Below, in pieces: positions 28,601 to 39,180 of a stretch of 64,000 nucleotides of DNA (within the stretch, counting starts at the first letter, position 1; every line of letters begins with the position of its first letter). The notes beneath the pieces are model-generated. The model was not told the DNA's origin. It saw only the letters and a program-made list of their open reading frames with translations, and did no database searches. Position numbers and translations under genes: made by a program. The DNA is taken from NCBI GenBank assembly GCA_051362555.1, contig CM120648.1, forward strand, positions 7,188,587-7,252,586, given 5' to 3'. Source of the DNA: Lingula anatina. Taxonomy: Eukaryota; Animalia; Brachiopoda.

Positions 28601-31600
28601 GTATTCCTAGGGTTATCAGTTTGCTACGCAGTCATCACGAAAGTTACCAGCCCAGCAGTAGCCTTTTCTGAATGATCGTAATAAACCAACAGCTAGGCTT
28701 ATTAATGTCTCCCTGACCAGGTTTATTTTTTCATCAAATGAAGTGTGACTGGTGCCACAGAACTCTACACTACTGCATACCCCTCCCCCCACATCCCCAA
28801 AGGAAATTTAATTGCTTGACCACACACAGTAGGCTCCTTATGGTGTAATATAAATAGCACATCTCTGAGGACGCATTGTTCAGCAAGTTTTCAATTAATT
28901 TCTGATCTAAGATGATCTAGTTGTGAACAAGCCTTTGCAACAAATAATACGACAAGGGTTAAAGAGCACAAAAAGTCCCGTCCGTGTGAATGTTTCCTTC
29001 CTTAGTCACGCAGTGTGAACTTTGCCCAGTCAAAAGTACTTTCCCCCCTCTATACAGGTAATATCTAAGTTTATCATCATACCTAAGAGATATACTACAG
29101 TTTATCAAAGTCCATCGTTAACAGTGCCAATATAAACATACCTGAATTATGTTAAGTGAGTTGATATCTTGCCATCTCTTCCTTTTTTTGCTACATGGTA
29201 AAATTCTACCTAGTGATTACAATTTATTTCATTTTTGGTGAATGAAAACAATCAGCTTAAATAATTTCGCTACTTGGACAATAATTGAGCTTAAAATTTT
29301 GATTTGTTTTATATTTCAAGCACACCAGCAAAAACAAAATTCATGCAAACGGTGCCACGCTTGCCATCTTATCTTACAACATGTTTGACAGATAGTTGAT
29401 ATGTAGTGGCGTAATCTTTGAATTTCACAATATCTGTTCATCGGTGACTTTATTACCATAATCTTGCTTTGGTCTTAAAACACATCTGCTTTGTGTCTAC
29501 TGATATCACAGAACTTTTGTCACAATTCATCATACTATATTCTGAGCTCACAGACTCCACACGTTGCCAAAATTTATGTAAAAAAAAAAAAAAAAAATTA
29601 AAAGCAATTTCTTTAGTGTATCGTCCCATTTTAATATAACGTAAATCACCTTTCATGTTGTACGAAAATTATCCATTGATCACAAAAAAGTCACGAAAGT
29701 AGAATGGATAAAAGGGGGGGGGGGGGGGGGGGAATTAACCATGACTTTTCATAAACAAACATACCACGTCCACAGCATTAACACCCGACCAAGACCTGCT
29801 GGTCACTAGTCTCTGTATATACACACAAATTAATTCAAGGGGGCTATTTAAATTCCTTAACGTCCATCACATGACCAATGTGAAATAATCTGGCCCCTTT
29901 CAAACAGGTAATGTGTTTGGGAGAACAAAGCTCTTACATTTATAACAAGTCCACTACTATAAGAAGCCTGGTGACAGATGGTGAGCGAGACCCATAAATT
30001 TCTATGGCATGGGAGGGAGGGAATAGAAACCCATAAAGGACAATTTGACATTTTCTGGTCCGTTTGCTGCAAACAAGACCCCATCAAGCTGAGGCAGATG
30101 TCTTCTGTATTTTTTCAGGTATAAATCTAAGAACAATGGATATGGTACAGTTGTGATCACGGATAATAATACCCCCTACCCTAAAAAATAAAAATAAAGT
30201 CAACTAATAGGATGTGTGCATTCACTAAAACTGTTATATCAATAGGAATCTATATGGCCTCAACTGTATGTTCAGCTTACATAAAATGGCTATGGCCTCT
30301 TGCGATTTTTTTTTTTTTTTTACAAAGGTAAACAAAAAATATGTAAGATGCAGACTAAGCAACTGCACAATGCTCTCAACAAAAATAGTTTTAATCTAGC
30401 TAACGGAGCTTTCACTAGCCTGGAGTCTTACTCTGGCGACAAATCCTTAATCTATTTCTCAGGCAGACTTTTCATTATTATCGAAAATATCCGGTACTGT
30501 AAAACATAATACTAGTAAATGTAGTCAAAATTAAAGAGAGAGGAAGGACATTTTGGTCCACAACATATCTTAGTGACAGAATTCCCTCCTACTTCAAAAA
30601 CTTTGTCATTTAATTAAGTATAATAAATAACAGTAAAATAGTGATTCCTGTGTCAACTAATCATAGGATCTGGCCTATCCATCTTTCATCGTAGATTAAA
30701 AATTGCTTTTGTAATTTATTGAAAAAGAAAAAGAAAGAAAATATAACCCCCACAACAATCCCGTTTAAATCTCTGTCTACCTGAAACAACCCATTTTTTA
30801 AAAATAGTAATCCCCTACTTCGAGCCAGAGAATTATTCAATGGAGTGTTAAATTACTAAGGATGGACTCCCAGCTACAACCTGACACTATTCTTATAACA
30901 AAGACCCTCTGTATCACACTTGAGTTGAATACCTAAAAAGTAACAGACAACACCGTTCACTCTAAACATGTCATATATAAAATTGGCGCTCATTATGGTA
31001 TGTCATCCCATAGAAAAGGTAAGCAATTACAGAAGTTCTTTGAGACATTGTGTGACAGCTCTTAACATTACGAAAAAGACAAAAAAAAAAAAAAGCATCC
31101 AAAATACCATGTGTCGAGTCAAATAAACCTGATATTCAGTATACAGTGCAGGAGAAACAAAGTTAAAGATCAATGTAGCATTGATCTTTTCTGTGTCCTA
31201 GACAATACCCAATTATTTTATCTACATCAAGCTAGGAAATAGTTGTGAGACTTAATCTTTCCATTAACTTGAGCTTTTCCTATAAACCTTATTCAAATAT
31301 TTTATCAGAACTGTGTGATCAGCGATAATTTATAAATCAGAACTATGTAATGAAAATGGACGTCAGTCTTCGCCACTTGTACTTTTAAAAATGAAATCAA
31401 ATTATCCCAAAGCTCAATGTGAAAAAATTCTGACATTTGTTTTTATTTCTTCGCAAAAGATGATAATAATAAAGTAAACACACATAACCTAAACACGTGC
31501 TCTAGAGTCTAACATTGCACGGGGTGACCTTTTGAGGAACCAAGCCAAAATACTACCCAAAGAAAGAATATTCAAATTTTTCTTTAAAACAAGCTGAAGT

Positions 31601-31974
31601 TACAGATGTAATCATTGTTTGTAACTATCGGTTAGTTCGATACGTTATGTGTTATATTTACACCGACAGTGCCCGTCTAAGAGTTATGAAAAAGATCACA
31701 CAACAAACACGTCCTTCGTATGAATTTTGATTTAACAGATGTAATATCCTGTATTCCTATAAAAATATCCAAACACTCAAGCATGTATGACAACATAAAT
31801 ACAAAAGAAACTATCAAACACGACGTTAAAAGGTAACGGTATCAAAGTCCAGTCAAGTTTCTTTCGCTGTCTGACAACAAGTCCGAAAACGGTACAACTC
31901 TTACCTGAGCCGGGGTTCAAACAGGCAATAATAAGGGCCCCAGCCACCAACCAGCTCCACCGAACTTCTAACAT
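1..31974 (-). CDS. CLSTN: Calsyntenin (cadherin-family synaptic type I membrane protein), partial; cytoplasmic tail lies left of the window
   Basis: Exons, all GT-AG and phase-consistent: 31905-31974, 18380-18520, 17971-18157, 15750-15958, 11937-12083, 11378-11569, 8377-8637, 6502-6677, 6112-6238, 5580-5734, 2337-2488, 1818-2041, 1335-1496, 945-1087, 483-645, <1-108 (about 872 codons). Signal peptide MLEVRWSWLVAGALIIAC; two cadherin repeats (LDYE, AYDCG, DVDEFAP, AVDCG); LamG-like region (MNRHHYALYLHNCKLVLLLR, PAEWRWNLPEVCDGNWHHY, IEDWPLHP); YVNARAFPTVGRRNL; CSEMNGRFVSNKF; TM IVVIIVICVGFLMFMIVLGVIRIR. Intron 1 is about 13.4 kb. Confidence 0.96.
47..194. repeat. 74-bp tandem duplication spanning the splice acceptor and TM-coding part of a calsyntenin exon
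   Basis: 47-120 and 121-194 are identical except for 2 substitutions. Each copy carries the minus-strand acceptor ttgattttgcag|ATGCAGG. Confidence 0.95.
1282..1328. repeat. (GA)n microsatellite
   Basis: Perfect GA run abutting the calsyntenin donor at 1329-1334. Confidence 0.95.
2088..2133. repeat. (ATT)n microsatellite
   Basis: About 15 ATT units in a calsyntenin intron. Confidence 0.9.
2511..5143 (+). mobile_element. Non-autonomous Helentron-type element (HINE/DINE-1/pearl-like) with central tandem array
   Basis: Starts AACTAGAG (2511). Small hairpin gaggcg-atac-cgcctc (2526-2541). Perfect 15-bp subterminal inverted repeat tattgtaccaccagc (2546-2560) / gctggtggtacaata (5128-5142). Central 146-bp tandem array. 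GC-rich (GGCGGAGCC)n tract near 5036-5090. Terminal hairpin 5110-5139 followed by A-rich sequence. No ORF. Confidence 0.75.
2715..4140 (+). repeat. Tandem array of 146-bp monomers (about 9.7 copies)
   Basis: Anchor ttgccagtatatgacttcc recurs at 2751, 2897, 3043, 3189, 3335, 3481, 3627, 3773, 3919 and 4065, exactly 146 bp apart. Confidence 0.97.
5287..5500. mobile_element. PIF/Harbinger (Tourist-like) MITE, family A copy 1
   Basis: Imperfect TIRs (gaccccattcccagag...ctctgggaaacgccc) plus internal IR ttagatcgatcta/tagatcgatctaa. TTA flanks at 5284-5286 and 5501-5503. Second copy at 15225. Confidence 0.75.
10595..10683. repeat. (TG)n microsatellite grading into an alternating purine-pyrimidine tract
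   Basis: tgtgtg... followed by gcgtgtgcgcacgcacgcgtacac...atgcatgtgtgcatgcatgtgtgtaca. Confidence 0.85.
11137..11296 (+). mobile_element. MITE family B (CAGGGG termini, hAT-like), copy 1
   Basis: caggggtggat...atctgccccgg. Internal sequence is homologous to 38098-38250 and, inverted, to 58384-58539. Confidence 0.7.
11586..11708. repeat. Imperfect local duplication in intron
   Basis: aatgcatgtt(c/t)aa(a/t)gcatacagtgttcta...gcttga occurs twice, about 74 bp apart. Confidence 0.7.
15225..15416. mobile_element. PIF/Harbinger MITE, family A copy 2
   Basis: Highly similar to 5287-5500 but 22 bp shorter internally. TAA flanks at 15222-15224 and 15417-15419. Confidence 0.75.
22750..22779. promoter_or_regulatory. 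Candidate intronic regulatory module: RFX X-box + YY1-like + ETS-like motifs
   Basis: Perfect 14-bp palindrome GTTGCTATAGCAAC immediately followed by CAAAATGGC and CACTTCCT. Confidence 0.4.
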
Positions 31975-32039
31975 CCTACGAGCTTCTTCTCATAAACTGT
32001 GTCTCAGTCCTTGGATCTATTCTACGGATAAAATGTAAA

Positions 32040-32420
32040 AGAAAACGTGTGCACGAAGTAATCCCCTTTCGTCAAAATGGCCGATCCTTGTTGATTGCCA
32101 GAAGAACGTCACTCGCCGTCACGTGACCCTTTGCTGTTCTCAAGTTCGAGTATCGCCCCCTTGAATTGACAAGGAAAGTTAAAGTAATTAAAAGCTTATC
32201 TTACAAAACAGATAAAAAGACGGAGTTTTGTGAAAAATATTAGATTTTTAATGAATTTAGGACAAATCTAATGTATTTTTAGAATTTTAAAGTGGATTAT
32301 TATTATAAGATAATACGTCGACAGGGAAGGAATGGCATATTTTACAATAACCGTGTAAGATAAACAGGCCAAGATGTCTGCCGCCTACCTGTAGAAAAAG
32401 TGACCCAAAGATGTGAGTAT
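32040..32420. promoter_or_regulatory. Putative bidirectional promoter (calsyntenin / LRR-Ig gene), including the likely non-coding first exon of the LRR gene
   Basis: Local CpG enrichment. CAAAATGGCC (32073), palindromic E-box GTCACGTGAC (32118-32127), CAAGATGTCTGCC (32370). Donor gtgagt at 32413 can pair with the acceptor ...tctttctag at 33347, upstream of the LRR ATG. Confidence 0.55.
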
Positions 32421-33413
32421 ATTATTCGTTTCCTTGCCTCATTAAAAAAGTGTAGATTATTTACGACGTGGCGTATTCCTTAAAATAATTTTCCGTGAAT
32501 TCAGGGACTTTCAATGCGTTATTTGAGCGGACAAACCAACTCCTTTTGCACTTACAAAATACAAAGAAAGGTATTTCACTATTTATTTTACCTGTCTTGG
32601 GAAAGTTGAGTCACGCAAAAAGTTTTAAGGAAGTTGTCATTGTGAGATTTGGTAATTGCCACTTCCTTTGTCTTTAAATTTTCATAACATATATGTAACA
32701 ATGCCCCTGTTTCATGTTGGAACTGTTTAAAGGTTTCATTTTCATTGTTTAATAGAACTTAGAAGCCATATTTACTAATACCCTTACTAGTAGAACAAAA
32801 TACGTAGTGTAAATTGGTGTCATCGCCAAGAAGTTTGTATAGATGGTCAAATCAAAAAGATAAGAAACAAAAAAGAAAAGAAAAAATTAACGCATATTTG
32901 CTTAGTGACCCAGTTTGATTGCTCAAAAGATATGCCACTTCCTGCATGGCTGCCAAGATGGAAGGAAGTGAATTATGTGTGACATTTTGGGCTACTGCAC
33001 ATAGTGATATCTAATGTTATCAGCATAATACTGACTTCAGAGGAGAGTGAATGCGCATGCTAGACGCGCAGGGCTTGACAGTTGGCAAAACCAACTTTTG
33101 GTTGGCCCTTTCCTGGTATCCTAGATCTGCAAGTGATGTTCATGATTTTCCTGACAGTAGCCATAATTACAAGTGTGATTATTTTCTGAATTTTGTGAAA
33201 ATATGGGAAGATTCTTCCAAAAAATTCAAAGCCTTTCATACCTGGAATTCCACTCTGAGTATTAAATCATCTGATTTGGATTTTTTCTCTATAGCACGTT
33301 GTGTCTTCATAAATTTTAATTATTCTTCATCTGTCTTATCTTTCTAGGTCTTGTTGACAACATCAAGGTGAAAAGTTATAAGTTAACCATTATGAAGTCT
33401 TGATGTATACTAA

Positions 33414-35417
33414 ATGAGGCTGAAGATGGACAGAAGAAGATTGTGTATTAGATTGCTACTGCTGCTGTTGTTATTTGTTGCATGTCAAACTTCTACAACA
33501 ACTACGGTCAGAACATGTCCGCAACAATGTTCCTGTCATCCGATGACGCGAACAGTCAACTGCCATCGCACCAATCAAACTGATATGGAGGCAATCCTTA
33601 ACCCAATGTCACATAATACCAAAGAACTTTCAATCATTGGTGCTGATTTTCTTTCCATTCCATCAACATTTTCGCAATTTCGCCAATTGCAGTCAGCCAT
33701 TGTGATCGAGTGCCATATTCAGACGATACACCCAGAGGCGTTTTATAGGCTGTCAAAGTTAAAAACTCTCCTCCTGAGGCACAATGATCTTTCAGTTCTT
33801 TCACATCACCTCTTCCATGAGTTAGAACTATTAGAAGAGCTGGACCTGAGTTACAACAACATAGAGGTCATCCCGACTGATCTCTTCCAGCACCTTCACC
33901 CTCTTAGTAGGTTAAATTTTAAATTTAATCACATAAGGTCTTTGCCACCGTCTACATTTGAGGGACTTTCTAGGTTGACCTTACTGGATTTGAGTCATAA
34001 TCGTCTGCAGTATGTCCACCCTACCCTCTTTCAAGGTTTGAACTCGCTCAATATCATCTACCTTGATCATAATATGTTGGAGACGATCAGCGAGGAAACA
34101 TTCCAAAATATGACATCTCTGCAGAAAGTGTTTCTCCATACTAATCCATATGACTGCAACTGCGGTCTGAGATGGCTTCAGCAAAGTCTTACAGGGGATG
34201 TCCCGTCGTATGTCACCTACCCCTATAGAGACAGTGTAAACTGTTCAACCCCACATCACTTGCACAACAGACAGCTGTACTCTCTCAGGCCCATGGACCT
34301 GGTGTGTAAAGAACCATATGTGTTTGAAGCTACAGAAGAGGTAGTCACCTTTGTTCGAACCAATGTAGTCCTTAACTGCCGTGCTACGGGCTATCCTAAA
34401 CCCTCTGTTGTGTGGAAAACACCACATGGAGAACTTATTGTTCATCATAGCTCCAGAAATTGGCTGTTGCCTGAGCAGAACACTTACCACCATTCCTTAA
34501 ACATGCGAGTTCCTCCGTATTTCATGGAGACTTCCGTTCATGCATTGTCCAATGGGAGCCTGCTGATTAAATCGCTGCGAAACTACTTTGTTGGGAAATA
34601 CCAGTGTATTGCTGTGAACCCGTCGGGAAATTCCACCCATAATATGAGTGTCTCTCTCACCAGTCCTTTGAACTCTGTGATTCCCATGACCTTAATAATT
34701 GGAGGAGGGGTTACAGGGACCTTCTTGTTATTATCAATAATTTTTGGTCTCTTTCGTATGTGCATTGAAACCCTGTGTTGCAATGATAAAATGGAAAAAG
34801 GCGGCTCCATCGAGTCTCTGTCTGGTTCACCTGTCAGGGTGTCCCCATTACGTCGTTCTCCACAGAGACGATCACCGCCATTTAAATACTGGTCCCCAGA
34901 AGGATCCCCTAAAAAGTACTTCTATTCCACACCTTATGAATCTTGCGAAGACGATGCTGCATCATGGGATGAAGAAGGTGATGATGATTACGATAGTGAC
35001 AATGAGAATAAATCGGGTTCAGCAGATATTCGATCCACTTTGGAGGAGGTACGAGGGCGATTGGCAAAGGGGGTTGGAAAGCGCATGGGACAAATGCGTG
35101 ACGGAATTAACAACATCAAGGCCTCTAGCCGGCAAAGCTTGACCCACTTTCGAGAGGCTAGCTCGCAACGCATGCAGCATATACGGCAATCCAGCAACCT
35201 GTACATGCAGCAGATCCGAGCATCCAGTAGTAACGCTGCATATCGCGTGCGCCAGGGAGTCGTGCTGGGAGTGGAGCAAGTGAAATATCACGTGAAGTCC
35301 ATGAAGGAATTGTGTGGCACGGGGGATCTAGGACAGACCATCTCAACTGTCTCCATAGCAACTGATGTGGATTCGCAAACAACAACAGAAATAACAACAC
35401 TGCATACTTTTGTGTGA
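33414..35417 (+). CDS. Leucine-rich repeat + Ig domain single-pass membrane protein (LIG/LRRN/LINGO-like architecture), 667 aa, single coding exon
   Basis: Signal peptide (LLLLLLLFVA); LRRNT CPQQCSC..VNC; about 8 LxxLxLxxNxL repeats; LRRCT NPYDCNCGLRWL..C; Ig domain (LNCRATGYPKPSVVW...NGSLLI...GKYQCIAVN); TM LIIGGGVTGTFLLLSIIFGLF; SP-rich and acidic tail; C-terminal HTFV (class I PDZ-binding pattern). Confidence 0.93.
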   Translation: MRLKMDRRRLCIRLLLLLLLFVACQTSTTTTVRTCPQQCSCHPMTRTVNCHRTNQTDMEAILNPMSHNTKELSIIGADFLSIPSTFSQFRQLQSAIVIECHIQTIHPEAFYRLSKLKTLLLRHNDLSVLSHHLFHELELLEELDLSYNNIEVIPTDLFQHLHPLSRLNFKFNHIRSLPPSTFEGLSRLTLLDLSHNRLQYVHPTLFQGLNSLNIIYLDHNMLETISEETFQNMTSLQKVFLHTNPYDCNCGLRWLQQSLTGDVPSYVTYPYRDSVNCSTPHHLHNRQLYSLRPMDLVCKEPYVFEATEEVVTFVRTNVVLNCRATGYPKPSVVWKTPHGELIVHHSSRNWLLPEQNTYHHSLNMRVPPYFMETSVHALSNGSLLIKSLRNYFVGKYQCIAVNPSGNSTHNMSVSLTSPLNSVIPMTLIIGGGVTGTFLLLSIIFGLFRMCIETLCCNDKMEKGGSIESLSGSPVRVSPLRRSPQRRSPPFKYWSPEGSPKKYFYSTPYESCEDDAASWDEEGDDDYDSDNENKSGSADIRSTLEEVRGRLAKGVGKRMGQMRDGINNIKASSRQSLTHFREASSQRMQHIRQSSNLYMQQIRASSSNAAYRVRQGVVLGVEQVKYHVKSMKELCGTGDLGQTISTVSIATDVDSQTTTEITTLHTFV

Positions 35418-36247
35418 CAGTGGCCAAGACTGGCTTGAAAATTTGCCAAAACATTCTTGAACTGTTGTTCAGTGTTTCGTGATAATTGATCAAAACGTGT
35501 TAGAGGGAATATGCAGAATTCTTACCCTTGGTGACGTAAGGTGTCCCTTTAAAAGATCAAATACTATTTTAACAAATATGCAATCTGAAAGTTTTCTTCT
35601 CACTGAAAAGTAAAAGTGTCTGCTGGTGTGGACTAAATGTTCTGTCTGTTATTTAGTTGCTGTGTGTAATGAATTTTGGAAGATTCTGAAATATTTTATC
35701 ATTAGTCATGGTATTCAAGTTTAACATGTGAAAGTAGTAATTGGTGGTTTTGTGTTTGATTGTTTTGAAGTTGAAGATGCTGTATGTATACAAAGTGGCT
35801 TCAGTTTATCAAGGTGAAGGTAGATGGGGCAATTTATTTGGTACTCAATTCCCCAGTGCAACATGAAAAAAAATGTTACTTGTTTAATTTCCTTTGTATC
35901 TTTGTGTGCAAGCTTGAGGAGTTAAATTGGATGTGTGTAATCTATGAAAGGAATATTAATATTCAAGAAAAAAAAGCCCCTGCAATGGGAAATTGCCCCT
36001 AGGCAAATAAGGAGCAAGTTTCAAGTAGCAATATTTATTTGTTCTGTGCTGTTTATTGCTGCAGAAGCATTACACATGAAACAAATTTCTACTGTTCATT
36101 ATAAAAATGCATATAACAGTAGGGCATCCATTTCATCGGCACTCCCCCATACTTGGGGGGGTTTGTGGACACCCATGTCACCCATGTTAACAGAAACGTG
36201 ATCATACTTAACTTATTAGTTCTTAATATCTGTGATAAAACTGCATA

Positions 36248-36493
36248 GGGTAATTACTCGATCTTTTCAATAGGAGGAAAATAGTGAATTTTACAGTTAC
36301 GGTATTTATTAATTCATATTTAAATTAGAACATTCCTATGGAGTGTTAGCAACTTAATTCAAAAGCAGGTTGTTCTTTGCAAGTAAAGCACCACAAATGC
36401 TGAAATTTAGAAAATTTAATTTTTGTGAGTATAAAATTTTTATATCTGAAACTTTGATAATTTATCCCCATTGAAAAGATCGAGTAATTACTG
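36248..36493. mobile_element. Tc1/mariner-type MITE in probable 3' UTR of the LRR gene
   Basis: Perfect 22-bp inverted repeat gtaattactcgatcttttcaat (36250-36271) / attgaaaagatcgagtaattac (36470-36491). TA on both flanks. Confidence 0.6.
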
Positions 36494-36969
36494 TACATAA
36501 ATCCCTTCCTCTGATTGAAAAAAAAAAATTGTTGAAATTTTTCTTTTGTCGACATGAAGACCAAATTTGTTAGCATGCTTCAGGTACTGTGTGTTTGCTC
36601 CAGTTTTATGCCTTCCATGAAGCCATGACAATTATTGCATGAATATATATTTATAAGGAATCTATTATCAAAAGGTCACAGATAATGTGTAGGCTTAATG
36701 ATAACCAATTGTTGATACCACAGTTGTTAATGTAAGAAACGAGCTGCCCTCCAAATCTGCATCTTGCCATTTAACACGGTGGGGGTGTTTGAAATGTGTA
36801 ACACTGAAAAACTATGATATATACTGAACACGTATCTCTTGCAAAATGGTTTAGTCAATTTTCAGTGCTCTATTTTCAAGATATAAGTGCAATGTTAATA
36901 TTTGGCACGCCACCAAATAACGTTATGTGTTCAGGTAAAAGAGGTGGTTCAGTTAAGGAAATTGGAATG

Positions 36970-37000
<31 letters not shown>

Positions 37001-38097
37001 TTGTGCACATTTATAAGGGCATTGCTTAAGTAGCTGATTGTTAACCCTGTCTGAGTACCATTGAATGTTACTTATTGAGTACACAGTTTATTTTGCGGCT
37101 TATTTAGTAGAACAAATATTTTACTGCATCATATTTACGGATTAAAGGAGAAATGTTGCTGAAGAATGGCTATGCACTGTCAGTTGTGTGTGAGCAATGA
37201 AAAGGAAATAAATTTTGTAATTATATTAATGTCATTTTTGTCCATTCTGTTAAAGATGCCCAGCATAAGATTAGAACCAAGAAGACAAACTGTTCAAATA
37301 TTTCATTCAGCTTATCATGGCACATTAAATGTTTGAAAAGATCGAGAGAGAAAAGAAATCTTGGAAGTTCAGAGAGTGCTGTTAATACTAATATTATTGA
37401 AATTCATTACATTTCTATCAAAAATCATTTAAGACAAATTAATGTTTAGTTCATCCTAAACTTATCCCACTGACTAACTGTAAAGTTCATCCTAATTTCT
37501 CTGCAATTATGTAAAGGATCTTTCAATTAAAATGTGGCCATGGTATTTGCTTTGATGCTGGTCATTATCTCTCTCATCAGGTGCCAATAAATGAATGCGT
37601 TAATAATGTGTACGGAAATGAAGTGCGGTGGGCACCTATTGATTGATATGCCTTGCGTGTGAAGATAAAAAGCAGAGGCAGAAATTTAAAGCCTTATATT
37701 GTTGCAGGGAGAGGAGCATTGTTATTCTGCCGTCACGTGGCGTTTAATTTTTGCTACCCAAGGTGTGGTAATCTGTAGTCAATTAAGTGTGAAATTAATT
37801 GATTTTTTACTAATTTTTATTCATTGCTTCTACCCTGAAAATGGCTTTACAGAATTTTTAATATGGCTTTAATTAGAAAAATTAAATGAATGATCCTCAA
37901 CTAAAACATATGTCTTACCACCCAGAGCATGGTACAAGTGTCTTTGCAATTCAATCTATTGGACCTTTTATATTATATTTTAAGCATGGCATATTATAGA
38001 AAATACTGCAAACCAATTCAAAAACTTACTTTATTTTGACAAAAAAAAATCATGCCTCTTACATATTTAAATAATACAGATTACAATGCTGTACTCA

Positions 38098-38250
38098 CAG
38101 GGGTGGAAGTAGGCCGTCTTTTGGGTCTTCCGGAAGACCGTCAGAATTTTTCAAGTTTACATTGATGGGCGTCTAACTTTTACTGTCGGAAGACATTCAA
38201 AAATGGAGGATGGATCGACTAAGATAATTTGGAAGACTATCAGAAAATAG
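38098..38250 (+). mobile_element. MITE family B copy 2 (3' end truncated)
   Basis: caggggtggaagtaggccgtctt...aaaatggaggatggatc...gataatttggaagact matches copies 1 and 3. Confidence 0.7.
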
Positions 38251-38934
38251 ATGTAGAGGTCACTCAGATCTCGCCTCATATTACAGATTGCCTCACGTCA
38301 AGTATCTTTGAAACTCAGGGAACATTCAGCTCAGCTGGCTGCAGTTACTTTATTCTTTCAGTTTGCTCTCTACCAATCTTTTTTCGCTAGATTTTACACA
38401 ATTATTGACATAAATTGGTAGAGGTCTGCAAAACAACATGATATTAACTGAAAGCAAACATCAATAATTGCTTTATTACATAATTTTAAACCTGAATGTC
38501 AATGCCCTTGAAGATTGTTCGTCTATGATGGATGAAATGTTTCGTTTAATCCAATTGGTCAAAAACCATGGATTACCTTGGTAACAAAGAGCAGTGCTGG
38601 GAGGAGGTGAGAGAACACACAACCGTCTGCGTCAAGTTCAGAATAACACAACTTATAAGTTAATGGGATTTTCAATGGAATATATAATACACAGACGTGT
38701 AAATATAATTTTATCACATATCCGATTTCCATCTAGAACTGAAAAGCACTGGAAGGCAACCCAAATAAAAACAAATTGAGACATTATTTTTATAAAAGTG
38801 TATGAGGCAATCACCTCCACAGTGACTCAGGTTACCCGTAAAAATTATAAATTATCATATTAGGTTGATATTGTGTTTGGTGATGACACCTGAGGTCAAT
38901 ATTGAGTTTTATTAGCCCTGGAACCTCCAGAAAT

Positions 38935-39126
38935 ATTCACCTTTCCACAGATAACGAAGCACATGCGCGGTTAACCCATTTCCACTGATTGTGGGTTTAT
39001 GTCTATTTTATGTGATGCAGCAGATATGTGTTAACCGAGCATGCGCATCACCAGAAAAAGGCATGAACCTATGACCAGCAGAAATGGGTTAACCCCACGT
39101 GCTTCGTTATCTGTAGAAAGGTGAAT
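38935..39126. repeat. Foldback inverted repeat (about 50-bp arms), probable MITE remnant
   Basis: attcacctttccacagataacgaagcac...ggttaacccatttc pairs with gaaatgggttaacc...gtgcttcgttatctgtagaaaggtgaat. Confidence 0.8.
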
Positions 39127-39180
39127 GATCGTTTTCTATGCTTATTACACGCATATGATAATCACACATTTCATTATCGT

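Noticed and set aside
12638-29731. Poly-G/poly-C runs (12638, 21868, 26723, 29713) as functional G-quadruplex elements linked to DHX36
   Set aside because: Homopolymer runs are scattered on both strands in introns, with no positional pattern linking them to the helicase gene.
18521-31904. Nested gene within the 13.4-kb first intron
   Set aside because: Only short, low-complexity ORFs, with no consistent exon chain or recognisable domain.
33051-33347. 98-aa ORF upstream of the LRR gene
   Set aside because: It ends exactly at the TAG of the splice acceptor, lies in the inferred 5' UTR intron and shows no recognisable protein features.
36205-36280. Faint resemblance to U2 snRNA (cttattagttcttaatatctg)
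   Set aside because: The match is short and AT-rich, the GTGTAGTA branch-pairing sequence is absent, and the downstream part belongs to a MITE terminus.
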